NCBI GenBank assembly: GCA_951406725.2
Contig: OX597835.1
Location: forward strand, 27,652,001 to 27,716,000
Direction: 5' to 3'
Length of the DNA stretch: 64,000 bases
Source: Octopus vulgaris
Taxonomy: Eukaryota
Shown here: piece by piece, positions 53,014 through 64,000 of the stretch
Position numbering within the stretch: position 1 is the first letter of the stretch
Layout of the letters: each line of letters starts with the position of its first letter
The notes under the pieces: generated by a model
What the model was told of the DNA's origin: nothing
Database searches by the model: none
Seen by the model: the letters and a program-made list of their open reading frames with translations, nothing else
Program-made: the position numbers and the translations under genes

Positions 53014-53629
53014 CAATTTAGGTTAGTTAAAATATGTTTGTCACATATTTCAACTGCTAAAGGCAAATACCCTGCAGTTACCATGGAGAAAAAATCTCTC
53101 TTATGATAAAAAGGTATGAAGACACCCATTTCGTTTAGTGTCATCATCTCTCGGGGAATCTCAGACATCGATGTTTTGAGTTTATTGAATCTTGTCGATG
53201 AGACATACATGAAGGAGGAAACTGAACAAACTAAATAAAACTTATAGCTTTATATATATTTCTGCCAACATGTTGATTTGTGCTAATAGATCATTCGATC
53301 GAGAAAAATATCGGAGTAATGGTGCAAAGCACAGTTTACGTATAATCACAATTCAGGTTAGTTGAAATATGTTTGTCCAGAGTTGCCTCTCTTAGGTATA
53401 TCTCATTGACAAGGGTCAATAAACTCGAAACATTGGCGTCTGAGATTCATAACAGATGGTGACACTGAACGAACTAGTTGTTTTCACACTTTTTTTTTAC
53501 CATAAGAGAGATTTTTTCTCCATGGTAACTGCAATTTATTTGCCTTTAGCAGTTGATATATGTGACAAACATATTTCAACTAACCTAAATTGTGATTACA
53601 GGTAAACACTGTTCTGTGCCATTACTCCG
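53014..53629. mobile_element. Inverted copies of a Penelope-like non-autonomous element
   Basis: About 53014-53224 is inverted relative to about 53381-53592, and about 53311-53378 is inverted relative to about 53563-53629. A related decayed copy lies at about 7315-7500. Confidence 0.55.
53400..53446 (+). ncRNA. Type I hammerhead motif with U3:A8 core (UUGACAA)
   Basis: ATCTCA-TTGACAA-GGGT-CAATAA-ACTC-GAAA-CATTGGCG-TC-TGAGAT. An inverted copy at 53158-53204 has the palindromic stem III ACATCGATGT. Confidence 0.55.
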
Positions 53630-54336
53630 CTATATATATATATATAAATTAGAAATATATATGTATATATATATAAAAATTAGAGAAAAGAAACCTTTTA
53701 TCAATTCAAAATGAATAATTAAATTACACCATCTAGAAAATTACATATAATAGAAATATAAAAATTAAAATAAGTATAACATACCGATGCTTAAGTAAAT
53801 TACAAAATAATAATAATAATAATAATAAAAACGTATATACGTTTTTATTATTATTTTGCAATTTACTTAATCATCAGTATATTATTGTTATTTTAATTTT
53901 AATATTTCTATTATATGCAATTTTCTAGTTGGTGTAATTTAATTGTTCATTTTGAATTAATAAAAGGTGTTTTTTTTCTAATTTTTTTATATATAAATTA
54001 TGTTGTGAAATTTGATTTAGTATTTCTAAATTGAATTTTTCCCTGTAAGTTAGGAATAATATTCCCTCAAATAATTATTATATATATATATATATATATG
54101 TATATTTGCAAAAAGAAGAACGACTTCACTGGTAGTTCTAATCAGTTTAATTTATTCCTTTTTAACTTTTTAATAATATAAATTCTATGCTTTAGTTCAT
54201 AGATCTAGTCTATGCACTAAAGTGTAAAATTTATAGTATCAAAAAGTTTAAAAAATACTAAATTAAACTGATTAGAACGACCAACTAAGTCATTCTTTTT
54301 CAAAATATACCTAACTGTACTGAGAATATCATATTT

Positions 54337-54380
<44 letters not shown>

Positions 54381-54453
54381 GTAAATGTAATATGTGACAA
54401 TTATTCGGTTATCTTACTGTTTTTATCAATATATATATATATATATATATATC

Positions 54454-55020
54454 TCGGATTGGCAACTAAGTTCCCGTTTTTTTATTAAATTTTGGAATTT
54501 ATTGCGTTTGTAAGTTTTGGAATCTATTTTTTTTCAAGAATTCTATTTTTGAATAATTGTGGAATTTATTTTGTTGTTTTTTTTTCGAGTTAATTTTAGT
54601 TAATTTTTGTTTATTTTCATATCATTAAAATGGAATGTCAAGTTAAGAAAAACGAGCATTTTCGACACCTCTTTCTTTTTGCTTTTAATCAAGGTTCTAA
54701 GGCTACAAAAGCTGCTCATGACATTTGTGCTGTGTATGGAGAGAGTGCCATAGCTGAAAGAAACGCTCGTGATTGGTATGCCAAGTTCAAAATTGGAAAT
54801 TTTGACCTCAAAGACACAACTCATTCTGGCCATCCAGTTGAGTTCAATAAAGAGTGATTAAGCCAACTTTTGCATGAAAATTCTCGTCAAACAACAAGGG
54901 AACTGGCAGAGAAAATGGAATGCGCCCACACTGCTATAGAGAAGCATCTTCACTTGATGGGAAAGGTTCAGAAGTGACAACAAAAATCAATGAGTGACAA
55001 TCTCAGCTGGTTTGCTTGCA
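54454..55020 (+). mobile_element. 5' fragment of a mariner transposon (mellifera-subfamily-like)
   Basis: TIR-like TCGGATTGGCAACTAAGT next to a (TA)n tract. ORF 54630 MECQVKKNEHFRHLFLFAF...WYAKFKIGNFDLKD..HSGHP continues past a stop as ..RQTTRELAEKM..HTAIEKHLHLMGKVQK, which is the mariner bipartite HTH. Confidence 0.85.
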
Positions 55021-55499
55021 ACACAGGAGCTCTCAAGGTTGGATTATACGTTGTTCACTTGGAAGCCATGATTAATTTGCAGCAAGGGAATTACCAAAAG
55101 GATAACTTAATATTTCTTTTTCTTATTTTTTATTCCTCATTTTTGTTCCTTATTTAGTAATGAAAAATTATTTCGATGATTTCTAGTTGTATAATTTTGA
55201 TTGTCATATCTTTATATAGGATGTAAGTAGTAAAATAGTTTTATATAATCCAGAACTGAAGATTGGCAGTATAGTCGGATTCATATGGCATTGAATTTCT
55301 AGACCTTCTATTTCAGCAATACCGATAGATATATTTTCATGAAACACGCATAGTCTATATAATTTAATATATGATTCAGAATAGTAATTGTAGATATTAA
55401 TTTTGAAAAATTTAATTGTATATATATCTATCATAGATAATGTCGTTCAATCTTGACTGAGTTGCTTGAAGGTGGTTCTGTCTCGTAAACCTATCTATT

Positions 55500-55500
55500 G

Positions 55501-55595
<95 letters not shown>

Positions 55596-55774
55596 CATAT
55601 ATATATACATACATATATATTTACATATACATATATATATACATACATATATATTTACATATATATATACATACATATATATATACAAACATATATATAT
55701 ACATATACATATACATATATATACATACATACATACATACATATATATACAGATATATATATAAATATATATAC

Positions 55775-55812
<38 letters not shown>

Positions 55813-56705
55813 ATATACAGATATATATATATAAATACATATATGTATAAAGATATATATATACATATATACATATATATAAACAGATATATATATAAAG
55901 ATATATATATATAAATACATATATATATATAAATACATATATGTATAAAGATATATATATACATATATACATATATATAAACAGATATATATATAAAGAT
56001 ATATATATATAAATACATATATATATATATACATATATATACATAAATACATATATATATATATACATATATATACATATATACACACTCACACACATAT
56101 ATATATATACATACAGATATATATACATAGATGCATACATACAGATATATATACATACATACAGATATATATATACATATAGATATATACATACATATAT
56201 ATATATATATGCATACATACAGATATATATACATACATACATACATACAGATATATATATATATATACATACATACATACATACATACAGATATATATAT
56301 ATATATACATACATACAGATATATATATATATACATACATACAGATATATATATATATACATACATACAGATATATATATATATACATACATACAGATAT
56401 ATATACATACATACATACAGATATATATACATACATATATACATACATACATATATACATACATATATATACATATATACATACAGATATATACATATAT
56501 ATACATACAGATATATACATACAGATATATACATATATATATACATACAGATATATACATACATATATATATATATATATACATATATATATGCATACAT
56601 ATATACATGCATACATATATGTATATACGTATATATATATATACTACATATATATTTTGCTATATATATACATATACACATATATATATAGATATATATA
56701 CATAT

Positions 56706-56744
<39 letters not shown>

Positions 56745-56889
56745 GACATACATATATATATATATAGATAGATAGATAGACATATATATATATATATATA
56801 CATACATAGACACATACACCTACGTATACCTGCACACACACATATATACATACATATATGTACATACAGATACATATCTATACATAGAT

Positions 56890-56932
<43 letters not shown>

Positions 56933-56980
56933 GAGACACATACACCTACGTATACCCACACACACATACACACATATATG
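55500..56980. repeat. ~1.5-kb compound (TA/TACA/CAGATA) microsatellite
   Basis: Direct. Similar tracts at about 10905-11410, 12920-13275, 15310-15700, 35020-35282 (TTA), 38960-39212 (TTA), 52180-52310 (TAA) and 62150-62570. Confidence 0.95.
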
Positions 56981-57020
56981 CAGGAAGAAATTTTTTAACA
57001 GGAAATTAAAAAAGTTTAAA

Positions 57021-57052
<32 letters not shown>

Positions 57053-57737
57053 TAATAATAATAATAAATATTCAAGCAACATGTGCATAAGAAAACATGC
57101 AAACAAAGATAAACACATTAAAATTTTTTTAACATAATCTCAATTAGAGTTATTGATCACAATACAATCAAGAAAAGAGCATGTTGCTTTTGTGGTGATG
57201 TGCCAAGTTACTATAAACTGGTGTATCAAAATACATGGTCGAATACTAATTTAGTTCTCATCACAATAAAATAAACATATAAATAACATATGAAAATACG
57301 AAAAATAATAATAAAAATAAACAAGTGATTAAAATCTTGAAACCACTGACGAGCGTTTGAATGAAAGTTTTAAGCTTAAAGAAAGAACTGCGATTTGGTA
57401 TTGGAATTTTTAGTTCGAGAAAAAGAATTTTTTTATTTCTTTTCTGGAATGAAATAATGCTTCGAAAGAATACCAAAAGAACTATATACTATAATTATTC
57501 CAGATAGTCAGTTACTGCAGACTGAACATAGAATAACGTTCAGCTGGAAGAATAATAAAAAAAAAATATAAAATTAAAAAAAAAACCTGTGCAATGAAAA
57601 ATACTTAAATTTTAATTAAATTTTAGTATGATATAATAGAATTATTAAAAACGTGTATGTGTATATTTGTGTGAATATATATATACATACACACATATAA
57701 ATACATAAATATATATTAATATATATTTATGCATATT

Positions 57738-57777
<40 letters not shown>

Positions 57778-57832
57778 TATTTATGCGTGTGTGTATATAT
57801 ATATATATATATAAATATATGCATGCATGTGT

Positions 57833-57864
<32 letters not shown>

Positions 57865-60800
57865 GGATAAATATATATCTAAACATATAAATTTATAGAT
57901 ATATATACATATATATGTGCTAGTAAAGTTTTGCTTATTTTTTTATCCTGGGTTATATAGGTTTTCATTGTCTTTTAATTTTTGTTTTAAACAGAGAGAT
58001 AAAAAATATTACAAATGAAACACCACTGCCAGATAAATGAAGCCGTCATAATTTCAACCCAGACAAAAGGTAATGATAATAATAATAATAATAATGATGA
58101 TGATAATAATCACTGATGGTTAACTAGTTTCTTCAATGGAAACTTTGTAGGTGAAATGCCTATGATTTTCATGAAACAGTAATTACATAGTTGTTAGCAT
58201 CTCTTTTTAAAGGGCTGTACCTATGTAACTCTAATTTCGTTTACATACATACATACATACGAAAAATAAAATCAACCGACTTGCACATTACAAATAGAAT
58301 CTGTAAACGGAACAGTAAAACTATGCGAAACTTTTCTCAGGTTTAAAATGTGACATTGTTTTCATTATCTATCTGTGCCAGTAGCACGTAAAAAGCACCA
58401 ACCAGTCATGGCCATTGCCAGCCTCCTCTGGCCCCTGTGCTGGTGGCACGTAAACAGCACCCACTACACTCACGGAGTGGTTGGCGTTAAGAAGGGCATC
58501 CAGCTGTAGAAACACTGCCAGATCAAACTGGAGCAGCCTGCTGACTTCCCAGACCCCTAGTCAAACCATCCAACTCATGCTAGCATGGAAAACAGATGTT
58601 AAACGATGATGATGACATCTCAAAGATGGAGCTTTGTATCTTTGTTAGAAACCAGCTCCTTTCTTCGGAGGAAGAATTTAAATGATTACATGCAGAAAAG
58701 ACCTACATACATATATCATTTACGTCCAATAGAAGCAGTATTTGATTAAAATAGTCATCAATGTATCATACATAAAGCAAACACACTGTTCAAAGGCAAA
58801 ATTACTGTGGCATTACGTTTTTATGCATAGCATGTTCATAAGAGCCAAACACTTTGGATGAATACTGCCGTATATTTGCCTTTCAGCAATGTATTTACAT
58901 TAAGTATAATACACAGGCTGCTCTCTCTCTCTATAAATATATATACACATACACTTAATGTCCATTTTCTATAATGGCATGGATTGGACAGTTTGACAGA
59001 AGCCGACCAGAAAGAGTTTTAGTGCAACTAAACAGGAAGAAATTAGCTCATCTAAGGAGTGGTTTGAGTTAGTGTCAAGGCAAAGTATGAAAGAAGTTCT
59101 AAAGGGCAAGTCATTATAATTTGCTGATCTGGAGTAAACTTCTGACAGACTACCATACTCCTGTAATCTGTTGATCTCAAAGATATATTTCTGAAGTTAT
59201 TGGTCTGAGGAACTTTCTGGTCAAGCACCCACTGTCAAGATCTTTAAACATGACACCAGCTTCTCTTCCCAGGTGTATCATTTCTTTATTGAACTTCCTG
59301 TTAGTCTTTTTATTCAAATAGCTTATTTCCCTTGAACTGCTGCTCTCTGGCACTCACTAGCATTGCCTTGTTTTCCTTTGGTCTATATTCTTCAGTTCTT
59401 TAAGCTTTCTGTCAATCAACATCTTTTGAATTGAATAAGCATCTTTTTTTTTTTACTTCTTTGTAATTCCTTACACTACAGTGACCTCAAGGCTTGTTTG
59501 GGACAAAAATGAAAAATTTACAGAGATTTTATAAAATAATGAGAATTAGCAATTAGTTCAATTGAGAGGGCTCCTCAGAAATAATTAATGGTTTCTGTTA
59601 CTCAGGTGACCTAATTTGCAGTGGCAGAGGGAGGGTGTTTTGAAATAGTTTTCCATGCTGGTATAGGCTGGACAATTCAACAGCAGCTGGCAACCCAGAA
59701 GACTGCACCAAACTCTAATGTCTGCTTTGGCATGGTTTCTACAACTGGACAGCCTTTCCCTTCCTAATGCCAAAGGATGGCTTAACATTTTGTGCAGATG
59801 CTCTTCCTCGGAAGCAGAGGAAAATCCAATAGAAGGGAAGACGGAGGAAGAAAATTGCCAATGATTCACATGTGGTTACATTTTGAAAATACAGGAACTC
59901 TCAAGAGTAAACAAGAGAGGCAGAGACAGGCAGAAACAAGGAAAATGCCCCTTGTATATGAATACTATGCAAATATTCTTTTAAAAAACTGCTCTTTTAA
60001 TTCTTCCAAAATTTAATTGTTTTCCATGCTTACAGTTGAAATAGTCTCAATGACTGAAACCAGTACTGAAATGTTTTTTATAAAATTATTTTAGCATTTT
60101 CTACCTTGACTTTTTCTATATACACACACAAACACACACATATATATATATACACATACATATATACACACACATACATATATATGCATATATATATATA
60201 TATATATATATATTGATATATATATATACATACATATCTTTTTATATATATATATATATGAATGATATATCAATGCTTGTTTATATATATATATATATAT
60301 ATATATACTTGATATGATCTTCAACAAGTAATAATGCCTTGTTCAGCTAAGAGAAAGTGTATGTATACATATATCTATTTATACACACACACACACACAC
60401 ACACACATATTTAAGCATGTGTTATAGTGATAATAGCTTCCTTTCAACTAAAACCAGAATTTCCTTCTTGAAAGGAAGTGGTGCACACAACAGAACAGCA
60501 ATCCCAGTACCTCACTGGCACTTATTTCCAAAATAAAGAGCTCACTGCCAATAGCCATTAGGAAATCTTGGACCATCTCTCAACTATCTCAGATAATCAA
60601 AAAGAAAATCGAAGACATTTTTTTGGTTTTGTTATTTTTGCTTTCCACTCGCTTGGAATACATATTTCATAAACCCGAGACACGAATAGTGTGCTTCCTT
60701 TAAATTGTGTAATTGCAGAGTATTGTCACACACCGACTTCGCTCACCTACTGTTTCTTAGACTGGCAAAACCTCGAGAGGAAGAAGCAGTTGTTGTTGTT

Positions 60801-61053
60801 GTTGCTGTTGATGCTGTTGTTATGCATAAACATTTTCATTCTCGTGATAATCAAATTGCAAAATTTTATTTTGATAAATCCGACACTACTCTTAATGTGC
60901 AATGAGACTTCGATGTGTGTCTGCTCAGTATAAAACGTATTCAAAACCATTATCAGTTACCATTCACGATCATGATTAAAAAGAACACACACACACACAA
61001 ACACATATTTATATATATACACACTCACATATATATGTATGTATATATTTATA

Positions 61054-61099
<46 letters not shown>

Positions 61100-61143
61100 T
61101 ATATATATTCACATACATACACAACCATATATAAGTGTATATA

Positions 61144-61219
<76 letters not shown>

Positions 61220-61302
61220 TAGGTATGTATATATTTATATCTATATATATATATACACACACACACATATGTATATTTACATACATACACAACCACATAT
61301 AA

Positions 61303-61347
<45 letters not shown>

Positions 61348-62153
61348 CATACAGAGAGAGAGAGAGATAGATAGATAGATATAGACATACACATAAAGAA
61401 AAAAAATTTGCTCTTGCTCGATATCAAAAGCACGCTTCTACATTACTGCAAGACATTTTTTTTAGAGATGTTAAAATAACTATATTTTTGAAGCTTAACT
61501 ACACAATTTGCTTCATCTTGGTTGTTTTCACTACATTTTCTTTTCACATTTATTTGCTAAAATACTAAAAATGTTCAACAACTACAACAAAAAAAAACAT
61601 TTTTTATATATATATATATGTATATATGTATGTATACACATACTCTAATTCTTTTCCGTTTTTTTTTCTTCTACACAATAAAACAAAAACCCAAATGCAA
61701 CACTCTCACATCATCTTTGCTGTCATGGTAGCAATCTATGCAATATTTTGTTTCACTCTGATAGCAAAATATTGATCTCTTAAAATATATACACCATCAT
61801 TATCATCATTGTCATCATCAACAACAACAACAACAACAACATCACTTTAATGCACATTCTGGCATGTTAGCATGGGTGCAATTCTGCCCAGGTGGTAGGA
61901 ATTTTGTTGCGCAATTCAAAAGGTTTGGGGCCCAACTCTGTGATGAGAATCCAAGGGCATAGTTAGTAGTTGGTTTACTTTTATTTCAAACCCTATCAGT
62001 CATGAAAAGCCCTTAAGAATAATAAAATGTAAAAAAACAAAAAAAAACTACAGGTGCACTCCCCACCCTCCACATCTCCTCTTTCTAAACAGTGATAAAA
62101 TGAAATCTTAAAATATCTGCCATATAGTGTATGAATGTAGGTGTGCATAAATG

Positions 62154-62201
<48 letters not shown>

Positions 62202-62230
62202 CATATATACATATATTTATATATATATAC

Positions 62231-62265
<35 letters not shown>

Positions 62266-64000
62266 TACATATGCATACTAATACATATACATGCTTATTT
62301 AATATATGTATACACATATATATACACACACACTCATACCTTTAGAGTGATATATATGTACATACATATATATATACATATGTATATATATATATGTGTG
62401 TGTGTATATATATATATACATATATATGTGTATATAGATATATGTATACACACACATATATATATATATATAATATATATATATGTGTGTATATGTACAT
62501 ATATATATGTATAAATATATATATATGTATATATATATATACACATAGACACACGTGCACACACTCATACATTTAGATTAATATACACACATGTTCATCT
62601 ACAGCGTTCTTTTTAGTCACGATCATGAATGGCAACAGATAATGGATTTGAATACATTTTACATCGAGCAGACACACATCGAAGTCTCACTGCACATTTA
62701 GAGTAGCGCAGGCTTTATCAAAAATAAAATTTTGCAATTTGATTATCACGAGAATGAAAATGTTTATGCACAACAACAACAACAACAAACAACATGCAGT
62801 ACAGTTTCTTGTCGATGTTTGCCATCTTAAGAAATAGTAGGTGAATTTGGAGAGTGACAATACCGCTCGTTTACACATTCCGTAGGAAACATACTATTGT
62901 CATCTTGGGCTTTATAGAACATGTATTGTGAGCTGGCAGAAACGTTAGCACGCCGGGCGAAATGCTTAGCAGTATTTTGTCTGCGTTACATTGTGAGTTC
63001 AAATTCCGCCGAGGTCGACTTTGCCTTTTAATCCTTTCGGGGTCGATAAATTAAGTACCAGTTACGCACTGGGGTCGATGTAATCCACTTAATACCTATG
63101 TCTGTCCTTGTGCGTCTCCTCTGTGTTTAGCCCCTTGTGTATTATGAGTGGGAATCCAAATCGGCAACAGAAACAAATGGTTCTGCCAGCTCACGACCTG
63201 ACTGTCTTATATAATTAAAAGAAAACAAATGTATGTCTTTACTACCCACCTACAAAGGGCTAAACACAGAGAGGACAAACAAGGACAGACAAACGGATCA
63301 AGTCGATTACATCGACCCCAGTGCATAACTGGTACTTATTTAATTGACCTCGAAAGAATGAAAGGCAAAGTCGACCTTGGCGGAATTTGAACTCAGAACG
63401 TAATGGCAGACGATATACGGCTATGCATTTCGCCTGGTGTGCTAACGTTTCTGCCAGAAACAAATGATGATTTGTAACTAAGGGAGCAGCTAGAAATAGC
63501 AGTCTGGGAGAGTAAAGGACCCATAGGACAATGTTGTCCACAATATCTATAAAAAGAGATGGTCATGGTTTTCACCTGACAAAATGAGTCTAGGACATTT
63601 AGCCCCTACCCCCCATGGACAATAACCTCCCAAGGACAATTGCCACTGAGAATAACAGAGGATGATTTAAAACCTCTTAATATATTGGAGAGTGGAGGCT
63701 CATGGCCTAGTGGTTAGAGCAGCGGATTCTCGGTCGAGGGTTTGCGGGTTCGAATCTCAGACCGGGCAATGCAGAAGGTAATGGTGAACTTCTGCTGACT
63801 CTTTCGCCACAACTTTCTCTCACTCTTTCCTCCTGCATCTTGCAGCTCACCTGCAACGGACCAGCGTCCAGTCCAGGTGGGGAACCTATACTCCAAAGTA
63901 ACCGGGAAACCGGCCCTTATGAGCCAGGCATGGCTCGAGAAAGAACAAACAAGAGAGGGGGTAATTAACCAAAGTGGGTAATTGTCTTAGGGGGTAGTTG

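Noticed and set aside
55545-56819. 424-aa ORF and the many other Y/I/C/V/H/T-rich ORFs
   Set aside because: Translations of (TA)n, (CA)n and (TTA)n microsatellites that happen to lack stops; not genes.
59030-59480. Coding-like minus-strand stretch
   Set aside because: Multiple stops in every frame; may be an old transposase relic but no diagnostic motif could be confirmed.
63695-63770. tRNA-like sequence as a functional tRNA (also heads of SINE families A, D and E)
   Set aside because: Runs directly into a repeated SINE body and lacks a paired acceptor stem.
49552-64000. Expected upstream unc-13 exon (phase-1 donor, C2A region)
   Set aside because: No convincing exon found by eye; it probably lies beyond the window.

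Overview
AT-rich eukaryotic (animal) genomic DNA that is saturated with microsatellites and SINEs. The repeat families look like those of octopus/coleoid cephalopods; this is recognition from memory, not a database result. Almost all ORFs in the track are microsatellite or repeat artefacts. The window appears to be mostly intronic sequence of a minus-strand unc-13/Munc13-like gene. It is anchored by a 277-nt exon (49275-49551) encoding SEDSDYTSDVNFP...NSSAHQF, followed by phase-compatible small exons at 45894-45953, 36611-36640 and 16107-16139. Highlights: (1) two paralogous phase-2 microexons 20 kb apart (CSNEEGDYN and CSNDEADDYN); (2) a 205-bp tandem duplication that creates a frame-preserving 75-nt candidate exon; (3) three families of Penelope-type minimal hammerhead ribozyme motifs, including a U3:A8 covariant core, a CUGU core and one attached to a tRNA-like head; (4) several foldback/inverted repeats. 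Also present: decayed mariner, maT (DD37D), Helitron, piggyBac-like and R4/Dong-like elements, several tRNA-derived SINE families, a tRNA-Cys pseudogene and minisatellites. Exon usage and ribozyme activity cannot be shown from sequence alone, and repeat boundaries are approximate.
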